From a virus (taxonomy: Duplodnaviria; Caudoviricetes): 64,000 nt of DNA. Positions 26,765 through 35,586 of this stretch are shown piece after piece. The stretch lies in the IMG/VR virus record IMGVR_UViG_3300031998_000051, positions 13,819 through 77,818 of that record; one strand, 5' to 3'. Every line of letters begins with the position of its first letter. Position 1 is the stretch's first letter. The notes under the pieces were generated by a model. That model saw nothing but the letters and a program-made list of their open reading frames with translations, searched no databases and was not told the origin of the DNA. The position numbers were made by a program, and so were the translations under genes.

Positions 26765-27001
26765 AGTTGGCATGACCGTGGACGGGTGCCAGCTCACTAC
26801 CAACCGCATGACTGTGATCAGATGCAGGTTGTCGACTTGATCGGTATGACCGTGGACGGGTACCGATTGCCAGGTAAACAGCATGGCCGTGGACGGGTGC
26901 TGCTGGCGCGTTTCAACCGCTGTTCACAAATGGCTGCTGACCGTGGACGGAGTAGTCGTGAACCGCAAATCCATCGCCGTTGACTGTGATCAGAACGGCG
27001 A
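26765..27001 (+). ncRNA. Array of six covarying hairpins (candidate structured RNA or ssDNA element)
   Basis: Different stems each enclose GACCGTGGACGG (x3, plus one GGCCGTGGACGG) or GACTGTGATCAG (x2); see findings. Confidence 0.7.
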
Positions 27002-27059
27002 GAAACCGACCGGGAATCATTAAGGCAAGCATCGACCGACGGAGCCGCAAAAGCTCAAA

Positions 27060-27301
27060 TTTGCAAGTTTCAAATCCAAAACTTGCAAAAATCGGCCACA
27101 AAATTTTTCACAACCGCTGGTATATATAGGTTGTGAATGCGAATTGAAGAATGAAGGATTTTTGCAACTGCAATTCACAAGTGATGGTTACCACCACACA
27201 GGGTAAGGGCTTAAATGCCCGCCCTTACCTGTGAAGTGGAAACCAGTAACCCGCGACGCCTGAGAATGGCGGTCATGAGCAGGTTGTGAATGGGTTGTGA
27301 A
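27060..27301. repeat. GGTTGTGAA repeats, palindromes and long hairpin (origin-like or regulatory)
   Basis: TTCACAACC 27107 (inverted), GGTTGTGAA 27129, 27282, 27293; palindrome TTTGCAAGTTT/AAACTTGCAAA; hairpin 27186-27251. Confidence 0.5.
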
Positions 27302-27329
27302 AAACAGAACGAGAAAAGGAGGTACCCGA

Positions 27330-28346
27330 ATGGGATTGAAGATCAGTTCCGGCAAAATCCCACGCGCTCAAAAGGTTGTGCTGTACGGCGTTGAAGGCAT
27401 CGGCAAAACAACTCTTGCGGCAAAGATGCCGGATCCGCTGTTTATCGACACCGAGGGCGGCACCGCCCACATGGATGTCAAGCGCATCGACGGAATCGGC
27501 TCATGGGAGCAGCTGATCGCAACAGTGGAGGAAGTCGCCGAAACACCCGGCGTTTGCAAAACGCTGGTGATTGACACCGCCGACTGGGCCGAGAAGGTTT
27601 GCATCGAATACCTTTTCGAAAAGAACAGCTGGACGAGCATTGAAACGCCCGGTTATGGCAAAGGCTACGTTGCGATTCGGGAGGAATTCATAAGGCTCCT
27701 GGACGCCTGTGACAAAGTCATCGCCGCAGGAATCAACGTGGTGATTACCGCCCATGCGAAGGTGAACAAAGTCGAACTTCCGGATGAGATGACGGCATAT
27801 GACCGCTGGGAACTCAAACTCACCAAGCAGACTGCGCCGCTATTGAAAGAATGGCCGGATGCGCTGCTGTTCGCCAACTACAAAACGCTGGTTGTGACTA
27901 CTGGCGACGGTCCGAACAAGACAGGCAAGGGCACCGGCGGCAAGCGCGTCATCTATACGACACACAAACCCGCATACGACGCCAAGAACCGTCACGGCCT
28001 GCCGGATGAAGTGGAGATGCGGTATTCCAATATCAAATCCATCTTCAACGATAATCCCGTGGTGATGGAATTACCGAAGAAGGAACCCAGCACACCTGCG
28101 CAGACCGTGGAGCCGCCCGCCGAGCCTATCAAGGAAGAAACGCTCGAAACCATCAACCAGATGATGAACGATGCTGGCGTCAGCGCCGAGGAAGTCCAGA
28201 GCGTAGTGGCAAAGAAGAGCGGCAAATTTGCTGCCGAGACGCCCATCTCTGAGTATTCCGAGAAGTTCGCCCAGAACTGGCTGATCAAGAACTGGCAGCG
28301 CGTGGTGAATACCATCGAGAACGACCCGAACCATGTACCTATCTGA
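27330..28346 (+). CDS. Sak4-like AAA ATPase recombinase (AAA_24)
   Basis: YGVEGIGKTTLA Walker A, LVIDTADW, VVITAH, AKNR.GLP. Confidence 0.85.
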   Translation: MGLKISSGKIPRAQKVVLYGVEGIGKTTLAAKMPDPLFIDTEGGTAHMDVKRIDGIGSWEQLIATVEEVAETPGVCKTLVIDTADWAEKVCIEYLFEKNSWTSIETPGYGKGYVAIREEFIRLLDACDKVIAAGINVVITAHAKVNKVELPDEMTAYDRWELKLTKQTAPLLKEWPDALLFANYKTLVVTTGDGPNKTGKGTGGKRVIYTTHKPAYDAKNRHGLPDEVEMRYSNIKSIFNDNPVVMELPKKEPSTPAQTVEPPAEPIKEETLETINQMMNDAGVSAEEVQSVVAKKSGKFAAETPISEYSEKFAQNWLIKNWQRVVNTIENDPNHVPI

Positions 28347-28362
28347 AAGGAGTTGAAATTCA

Positions 28363-28833
28363 ATGGCGAACAATGAAGCTTTGCTCGACTGGGATGACGT
28401 CTTGACGGAAGACGGTCAAGAATTTAACAGCTTGCCGGAAGGCGATTATACCTTCACGGTGACCAATTTCGAGCGCTCCTGGTATAAAGGCTCTGACAAG
28501 CTGCCGCCCTGCAATCAGGCCGAGATCACCGTGGAGATCGACAACAATATCGGCTACGCCATCAGCAAATTCAAGCTGCATATGGTGAAGCGCCTGGAAT
28601 GGAAACTGTCGGCTTTCTTCCGCTGCATCGGCCAGAAGAAGCACGGCGAACAGCTGAAACCCGACTGGAGCACCGTGGTAGGTTCTCGCGGCAAGGCGCA
28701 CTTCAAGCCGAGGAAAGGCACGAACACCGACAGCGACCGCACCTTCAACGAACTCGACAAGTTCTATGACTGGGATGAATCGGTCGGCATGAAGCCCGTC
28801 GGCGACGATGAGGATATGCCGTGGAATGACTGA
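28363..28833 (+). CDS. Single-stranded DNA-binding protein (DUF669-like)
   Basis: LPEGDYTFTV..FER pattern; acidic C-terminus DDEDMPWND; follows Sak4. Confidence 0.75.
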   Translation: MANNEALLDWDDVLTEDGQEFNSLPEGDYTFTVTNFERSWYKGSDKLPPCNQAEITVEIDNNIGYAISKFKLHMVKRLEWKLSAFFRCIGQKKHGEQLKPDWSTVVGSRGKAHFKPRKGTNTDSDRTFNELDKFYDWDESVGMKPVGDDEDMPWND

Positions 28834-30226
28834 TATGCAGGTGGTTATTGACAGCGCCATCCGCGTCACGGATCCAACCGTTGAGCTTCAAGAGTGGTGC
28901 AGGGCAGAGCTCGTCCAGATCAATCCTGATTTCATCAAAAAGGAAAAAATGGGTTTCTGGACGGGCAAAACGCCCGAGAAAATCCGCTTCTACGAAGTGC
29001 GCGGGAATACCTGGATTCTTCCATTCGGACTGATGAAGCGCCTGCGCGGATTGATTGATTTCAGGACCGTGCAAAGTGGATTCCAGCCCATTCAGTATGT
29101 GGATTACGGCGAGCCGTTGCCGCTTTACGATTACCAGCAGAAAGCAATGGATGAAACCGTCGCCGCTGGTTACGGAATCCTTCAAGCTCCTGCCGGAAGC
29201 GGAAAGACCGAAATCGGTGTTGCTATGATCAAGAAGTTCAGACGGACGGCGTTATGGCTGGCAACGACCCACGATCTGCTGAAACAGGCAAAGGAACGCG
29301 CTGAGCGGTACATGGACAAGAGCCTGATAGGGACCATCACGGGCGGCAAGGTGGACATCGGCAAGGGCGTAACCTTTGCGACGATCCAGACCATGAGCAA
29401 GCTCAATCTGGAAGACTACAAGCATCAATGGGATTGCATAATTGTCGATGAGTGCCATCATGTGGCTGCCAGTGCGAACAGCGCCACAATGTTCTACAAA
29501 GTGCTGATGAACCTGTCAGCTCGCCACAAGTACGGATTATCGGCAACTGTGCATCGCGCTGACGGCCTGATAAAATCCACATTCTCATTGCTTGGCAATG
29601 TGGTTTGCACCGTACCGAAGTCGGCAGTAGCCAACAAGATCATGCCGGTGGGCATCATCCAGGTGGAGACCAATGCGGAGATGCCGGAAGACTGCATGAG
29701 GGATGACCGGGTGGATTATACCAAGCTCATCAATGCGCTATGCGAGGACGAAGAACGCAATTGCACCATCATCGATCATCTGATCAATAACGGAGCATAT
29801 TCGTGCCTGATACTTTCCGACCGTCTCACCCATCTCGAAACGCTGATGGCAGAATTGCCGGAAGATATGCGGGATAAAGCGGTGATGATCTCCGGCAAGA
29901 TGGTCAGCAAGAAAGCCAAAGCAGAGCGCGACAATGCCATCGAGCAAATGCGAACCGGCGAGAAGCGTTACCTATTCGCAAGCTACAACCTGGCTAAGGA
30001 AGGTCTCGATATCCCAAGGCTTGAGCGCTTGTTTCTGACAACGCCGCAGAAGGATTTTGCGGTAGTGGTGCAGAGCGTCGGGCGTATCGCAAGAATCTTT
30101 GACGGCAAGGCCGATCCGATTGCCTATGATTTTGTAGACAACAATATCGGGATGATGATCGGAATGGCCAGGAAGCGGGCGCGAATCTACACCGAGAACA
30201 ATTGCTATTTTATCGAGAAAGGATAA
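28826..30226 (+). CDS. SF2 DEAD/ResIII-like helicase
   Basis: LYDYQ, APAGSGKT, IVDECHH, GLSAT, LAKEGLDIPRL, QSVGRIAR. Confidence 0.92.
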   Translation: MTDMQVVIDSAIRVTDPTVELQEWCRAELVQINPDFIKKEKMGFWTGKTPEKIRFYEVRGNTWILPFGLMKRLRGLIDFRTVQSGFQPIQYVDYGEPLPLYDYQQKAMDETVAAGYGILQAPAGSGKTEIGVAMIKKFRRTALWLATTHDLLKQAKERAERYMDKSLIGTITGGKVDIGKGVTFATIQTMSKLNLEDYKHQWDCIIVDECHHVAASANSATMFYKVLMNLSARHKYGLSATVHRADGLIKSTFSLLGNVVCTVPKSAVANKIMPVGIIQVETNAEMPEDCMRDDRVDYTKLINALCEDEERNCTIIDHLINNGAYSCLILSDRLTHLETLMAELPEDMRDKAVMISGKMVSKKAKAERDNAIEQMRTGEKRYLFASYNLAKEGLDIPRLERLFLTTPQKDFAVVVQSVGRIARIFDGKADPIAYDFVDNNIGMMIGMARKRARIYTENNCYFIEKG

Positions 30227-30235
30227 ACAAATGGC

Positions 30236-32278
30236 ATGGATAGCGTCACAGAGAGAAGGGTCTTAGCAGCGCTTGAAGCCATCCCTGTTGCGGATCTTAC
30301 GCGGGATGATTGGATCGCTGTTGGTATGGCTTTGAAGGATGAGGGATTCTCTGTTGGCGTCTGGGATGATTGGAGCCGGAATGACCGCCGATATCACCAG
30401 GGCGAATGCCAGAAAAAATGGGATGGCTTCAAGGGCAGCTCAAAGCCCAAGACAATAGCGACTGTTTTCCAGATGGCGAAGGAACGCGGCTGGACAGAAT
30501 TCGACGGCAATGCAGCGATTGGATGGGATGATGCCATTGAATACGATGGTGATGAATCGGGATTACCGAGTACAGCACCAAAGAAAAACTGGGATCCCGT
30601 TCAAGACCTGATTACTTACCTGGAAACGCTTTTCAAGCCGGATGAGAAGGTCGCTTACATCACGAATGAAGTCTGGAAGAACGATGATGGCAAATGGGTA
30701 CCGAGCGGAAAGGGCGTTTATAATCGGACAGTCGGAGAGCTGATCCAATCGCTTAGAAAGCATCCTGATGACATCGGCGCGACAGTTGGCGATTATAAGC
30801 CGGAAGCCGGAGCATGGATTCGCGTCAATCCCGTAGACGGTAACGGCGTCAAGAACGACAACGTCACCAGCTTCCGATATACGCTGGTTGAATCCGATAT
30901 CTTGCCGATTGCGGAACAGAATGCACTTTTCCGCAAGATGGAATTACCAATAGCGGCGATGGTTCACAGCGGTGGGAAATCGCTTCATGCGATTGTTCAT
31001 ATCGACGCTGGCAGCTATGAAGAATACCAGAAGCGCGTGGAATACCTCTACAGCTTCATGGAAAAGAACGGAATAGCGATTGACAAACAGAATCGCAACC
31101 CATCACGACTGAGCCGAATGCCCGGTATCATGCGAGGTGGGAATCGGCAATACCTGGTAGCAACCAATATCGGGCGCAAGAGCTGGAACGACTGGATGGA
31201 ATTCGCGGAAGGCTCATCTGATGAACTGCCTGGCATTGTTGAATTGTCCGACTTGCTTGCGGATCCGCCGCCGTTGGCACCGACATTGATTGATGGAGTC
31301 CTCCGGCGCGGACATAAGATGCTGATCTCCGGCAGCAGTAAAGCCGGTAAATCGTTTCTGCTGATGCAATTAGCTGTAGCGATTGCGGAAGGTCAACAAT
31401 GGCTCGGCTTCCAGTGTTCGCAAGGGCGCGTGCTTTACGTCAATCTGGAAATCGATAAGGCATCATGCGCTAACCGATTCGCCGTAATCCGCAAAGAACT
31501 CAAGACCCGCAATGTCTATGAATGCAGTCACGAGAACAATCTTCTGATCTGGAATCTTCGCGGATACGCTGTGCCATTAGATTTATTGGTGCCAAAGCTG
31601 ATCCACAGAACACGGGACTTGAATCTGGACGCCATCATCATTGACCCAATCTACAAGGTCATTACGGGCGATGAGAATAACGCCAGCGATATGGGCGCGT
31701 TCTGCAACCAGTTCGACAAGATCGCCACGGAGCTGGGCGCGGCGGTGATCTACTGCCACCACCACAGCAAAGGCGCACAAGGAGCCAAACGGGCGATGGA
31801 CAGGGCGTCAGGCTCCGGCGTGTTCGCCAGGGACCCGGATGCGCAGTTGGACTTGCTGGAGGTCGAATTAAGCGATGCACAGTTATTCTCCTTCGGAGGC
31901 AACAACGTCACGGCTTTTCGATTGGAAAGCTCACTACGTGAATTTCCGAACTTCAAACCAATCAACATCTGGTTTGAGTATCCGCTTCACAGAGTGGATA
32001 AAGATGGCGTTTTAAGGGACGCACCCGCACAGGGAACGCCAGCGGCAGGACGCACAAAGAACAAGCACAGCCAGACCGCAACGGATGCACGATTGGCCTT
32101 TGACAACGCTTACGATGTTCTGAACATGGACGGCGACAGCGTTTCAGCGGACGAGATGGCGAGTTACCTTGAGCAGGATGTCAAAACGATCTACCGCAAA
32201 GCAAGAGATTACGACGGATACGTACTGGACAAAAAGCGGGTTTACCGCATAGGTGGTGAAACGAATGACGGAGATTGA
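30236..32278 (+). CDS. Primase-helicase (PriCT-2, primase domain, AAA_25/RepA)
   Basis: DDWIAVGMALK PriCT; VESD and VHSGGKSLHA; GSSKAGKS, IIIDPIYK, CHHHSKG. Confidence 0.88.
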   Translation: MDSVTERRVLAALEAIPVADLTRDDWIAVGMALKDEGFSVGVWDDWSRNDRRYHQGECQKKWDGFKGSSKPKTIATVFQMAKERGWTEFDGNAAIGWDDAIEYDGDESGLPSTAPKKNWDPVQDLITYLETLFKPDEKVAYITNEVWKNDDGKWVPSGKGVYNRTVGELIQSLRKHPDDIGATVGDYKPEAGAWIRVNPVDGNGVKNDNVTSFRYTLVESDILPIAEQNALFRKMELPIAAMVHSGGKSLHAIVHIDAGSYEEYQKRVEYLYSFMEKNGIAIDKQNRNPSRLSRMPGIMRGGNRQYLVATNIGRKSWNDWMEFAEGSSDELPGIVELSDLLADPPPLAPTLIDGVLRRGHKMLISGSSKAGKSFLLMQLAVAIAEGQQWLGFQCSQGRVLYVNLEIDKASCANRFAVIRKELKTRNVYECSHENNLLIWNLRGYAVPLDLLVPKLIHRTRDLNLDAIIIDPIYKVITGDENNASDMGAFCNQFDKIATELGAAVIYCHHHSKGAQGAKRAMDRASGSGVFARDPDAQLDLLEVELSDAQLFSFGGNNVTAFRLESSLREFPNFKPINIWFEYPLHRVDKDGVLRDAPAQGTPAAGRTKNKHSQTATDARLAFDNAYDVLNMDGDSVSADEMASYLEQDVKTIYRKARDYDGYVLDKKRVYRIGGETNDGD

Positions 32279-32507
32279 GAAGAAGATTTTCGGCGATATG
32301 TACCGATTCGCCGAATCCCACGGAATACCACCGCCGAAGAACACCAAAGCCTGTGACGCTTACTGGAAAAAGATGCACGATGACGCCATCGAGCTGATCG
32401 GCGCGAAGTACAGCAACTATCCATTGGCGGTGCAGATGATGGTGGCGATTATCGAATACCGGGAAGAACAGCAGCATGCTGTGAACAGAAAGAGAGGTTT
32501 GGAGTAA
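32265..32507 (+). CDS. Hypothetical protein
   Basis: Helical 80-aa ORF overlapping the primase stop. Confidence 0.6.
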   Translation: MTEIEKKIFGDMYRFAESHGIPPPKNTKACDAYWKKMHDDAIELIGAKYSNYPLAVQMMVAIIEYREEQQHAVNRKRGLE

Positions 32508-32762
32508 TGGATAAGACCATGATTGCGTGGAAGAAGCACCTGAGCCGTCAGAGCGCAAAGCGCAAGGCCGCGAACAAGGCGGCGAAGATGTCCCGCAAAG
32601 CACAGCGCAAGTGAGGTGACGGGCGATGTTGAAATGGGTAGAGCCATTCATGTGGGCTTACATCAGGGTGATTGCATTCTGGCTTCAGCTGGTGGGCTGC
32701 ATTGGATTGATTGGATTTATGGTTGTCGGATTAGACAACGCAATGAATAAGCTGGTGGAGGA

Positions 32763-33197
32763 ATGATAATGGAACAAGGAATCATCATTCAGTTTCGTGA
32801 CAGCGACAAGGTGAGTATCTACAATCCCTGCTTCGATGTGACGCGCAACGAACTGGACATTGCGCTGAAGTCGGCGGTATCGGAGATGATCGACAAGGAT
32901 CTTACCAATTCCTCGGTGACGCTCAAACTGGACATTTGCGCCACTACCGAGGCGGTCGCTGATCGAAACGCACAGTCGGGATGCCGCGAGGCAAAGAACA
33001 TCGAGATCGGCGCGAAGGTCGGCTATACGCTTCAGTTCAAGAGCGAAGCCAAGTTCGACGTTGTCAGCGCGAAGCATGGCAAAGAACTGGTGATGGACAG
33101 CCAGGGCGAGTATTCCATGGTTTCGCACGAAGAAGCATCCGGGCAGCTTTCTATGTTCAATTCGTGGAACGAGTACAAGGCTGCCATGGAGCAGTAG
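32763..33197 (+). CDS. Hypothetical protein
   Basis: GGAGG RBS; 144 aa. Confidence 0.7.
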   Translation: MIMEQGIIIQFRDSDKVSIYNPCFDVTRNELDIALKSAVSEMIDKDLTNSSVTLKLDICATTEAVADRNAQSGCREAKNIEIGAKVGYTLQFKSEAKFDVVSAKHGKELVMDSQGEYSMVSHEEASGQLSMFNSWNEYKAAMEQ

Positions 33198-33253
33198 AGA
33201 CACTCAAACAGCCAACAGGCTGACGGGATAGAGAGATTAAGGAGGATTTTGAA

Positions 33254-33988
33254 ATGGCTACCACCGCAAAGAAGAACACGGATTCTCAGGAAATCATCAT
33301 CAAGCCGGTTAAGATTCAGAAGGCCGACATCACCATCGTCGGCGACACGCCGCTGATCGTTCATGCCTGGTCGGAAAAGGCCAAGCGCGAGATGCTGGAA
33401 GCACAGCAGAAGTTGAAGAAAGACAAGAAGGCAAAGGAGATCAGGCTCCCGGCAAATGAGTTTGTGAGCGCGGCCTACTGGTTGACGCCTATGCCGGAGC
33501 TTGGAACCGATCCCAGCGGCAAGGACACGCTTGCCAACTTTGAAAAGGCCATCGCAGCGGGCGCGAAGTTCGGCTTTCCGATCACGGCCATCAAGCAGGC
33601 GGCATTGGCGGCTTGCTACCGCGCAGGCATCATTCCCAACCAGATGGGCATGAAATGCAGCTTCTACCTCAACAGCAAGGACGGTGTCAACCTCGGCACC
33701 GGTTCCGAGCTGGCGGTGATCCAGTCCGACAATCCGCCGGTGATGCGTGAGGATATGGTCAAAATCGGCGGCGTGTCCAAGACGGCTGATTTGCGTTACC
33801 GCCCTATGTTCACCGATTGGAAAATCGATTTGACGGTCAGCCTGATTGATGTCGGCGTGTTCACGATGGAGTCGATCATCAATGCGATCAACCTTTCGGG
33901 TTACATGGGCGGCATCGGCGAATGGCGCATGGAGCGCGATGGTGACTTCGGCCACTACCATGTGGAGATTGATGGAGAGAGGGTGTAA
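33254..33988 (+). CDS. RAMP/Cas7-like RNA-binding protein (Vipr-like effector candidate)
   Basis: N-terminal ITIVGDTPLIVH strand, FPITAIKQAA helix (cf. RAMP IPGSSLKG), C-terminal Gly-rich loop SGYMGGIGEWRMERDGDFGHYHV; two genes upstream of the pentamer array. Confidence 0.72.
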   Translation: MATTAKKNTDSQEIIIKPVKIQKADITIVGDTPLIVHAWSEKAKREMLEAQQKLKKDKKAKEIRLPANEFVSAAYWLTPMPELGTDPSGKDTLANFEKAIAAGAKFGFPITAIKQAALAACYRAGIIPNQMGMKCSFYLNSKDGVNLGTGSELAVIQSDNPPVMREDMVKIGGVSKTADLRYRPMFTDWKIDLTVSLIDVGVFTMESIINAINLSGYMGGIGEWRMERDGDFGHYHVEIDGERV

Positions 33989-33990
33989 TC

Positions 33991-34473
33991 TTGGCAGCGT
34001 TTGAATGCAAGTATTCGTACCGTGTGCCTGGGCTTCAAAAGGCTCCGGCAGAGGTTGCGGGCAAAGTGTTCGAGGAGCTGGCGAACAGTGAAAAAGGCTT
34101 ATCGCCAAAGACGCTGGTAGATGCCAGCCGGGACGAGAATGCGCCGCTCCACGGAGAATTCGAATGGCGCGACGATGTGGCAGCAGAGAAATACCGCCTG
34201 TCTCAAGCGCAGGGCATTATCCAGAATCTGCGCATCGTGACAGTGCAGGCCGATGGTAGCGAGGCAATGGATCGTGCGTTTGTGGTTAAGCCTGGCGGCG
34301 AGAGCAATTATGTGGCGTTGCAAAGCGCATTGAGCCGTGAAGACTGGAAAGACCATCTGCTCGAAGAAGCCAGACGCGACGTCAAATGCTTCTTAGGCAA
34401 GTATCGCCGTTTGCGTGCTTTGTCTGGGATAACAAGTGCGATGGAGCAGTTTCTCCATAATGATGTCGGTTGA
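33991..34473 (+). CDS. Conserved partner protein between the RAMP-like gene and the array
   Basis: TTG start 2 nt after the previous stop; LSPKTLVDASRDENAPLHGEFEWRDDVAAEKYRLSQAQGII motif. Confidence 0.75.
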   Translation: MAAFECKYSYRVPGLQKAPAEVAGKVFEELANSEKGLSPKTLVDASRDENAPLHGEFEWRDDVAAEKYRLSQAQGIIQNLRIVTVQADGSEAMDRAFVVKPGGESNYVALQSALSREDWKDHLLEEARRDVKCFLGKYRRLRALSGITSAMEQFLHNDVG

Positions 34474-34480
34474 CGGTTGC

Positions 34481-35541
34481 GTAGGGCTCCGTTATAAAAA
34501 AGCCTGAGACATGGTAAGGATTGGCGGGTTGGAGTTAGGTATGGCGGCGAGGGTTATGGCAGTCGAGGATAGGCGCGGAAAGTTGCGGTTGCGCGGAGTA
34601 TGGCAAGGCACGGTATGGCAGTCTCGGAGGGGCACGTTAGTGCGCGGAGGGGCTTGCTCCGGATGCGAGGGGCTTGTCAAGGCAGTCTTGGAACGTTTCG
34701 GTTCGGTGCGTACAGGTGTTGCACGGTAAGGCTGGGCAGTCTTGGTTCGGTTAGGCATGGAGCTGTTAGTTCCGGCTTGATGAGGCAGTCGAGGATGGGT
34801 CAGGCGCGTAAACGGTGCGGCATGGTGCGGTCCGGCGCGGCAGTCGTGGACAGGAATGCAATGTCAATGTGAGTATAGGCATGATGCGGATCTGAACGGT
34901 GTGGCAGTAATGGATCGGTCAGTCGCGTAAAGGCGCGGCGGCGCACGGTTAGGCAGTCTCGGATGGGCAGTGCGATGTTACGGATGGTTCCGGCAATGTT
35001 CGGCTGGGCGCTGCAAGGCTTGGCAGTCTCGGATTGTTTCGGCGATGCTCGTTGAGGCAAAGCTGGGTATGGCAGTCTTGGAATGTCAGCGCGTGTTGAC
35101 GATTGCACCGGCGCGGCAGGAATGCCACGGGTTATGTAGGGCTCCCGGTCAACAAAAGCCCGAGACATGGAGAGTAGAGGCTGGTCTGTGTTTGGTATGG
35201 TTTGAAGAGGTATGGCAGTCGTGGACAGGAACGGATCGGTCAGTCCCGTATCGTTAAAGCAAGTAGGGTATCGGTTCGGTTTGGCAGTTAAGGACAGGAC
35301 AGGCTTGGAAGGTATGGTGGGTTTTGCATTGTATCGGATAGTTTTGTCATGGCAGTCAAGGCGAGGCGCGGAAGTGAGTGGCTTGTCGCGGATTCGCACG
35401 GAGTGTATCTGTGTGGCAGTTCTGGAAGCGATGGGTTAGGCTCGTACAGGCAAGGTAACGCGGGTTGTGGCAGCCGAGGATAGTTGCGGACGCGCCTGTC
35501 AAGTTGGTGCCTGGTGAGCCGTGTTGGGACAAGGCAGTCAC
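34481..35541 (+). ncRNA. Array of 17 pentamer-periodic (GGY-NN-like) units separated by GGCAGTC-NN, in two leader-headed sub-arrays
   Basis: GGCAG(T) junctions at 34558, 34617, 34681, 34735, 34784, 34839, 34903, 34952, 35022, 35071, 35115, 35214, 35283, 35351, 35415, 35469, 35533; 12 of 15 intervals equal 5n+4 nt. Confidence 0.88.
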
Positions 35542-35586
35542 GGAAATTCTGTAAGATTGGAGGTAACAACAACGGATATAAGAAGC

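Noticed and set aside
34513-35541. Canonical CRISPR array
   Set aside because: The constant element is only 5-7 nt rather than 23-47 nt, the intervening sequences are internally periodic, and there is no cas1/cas2.
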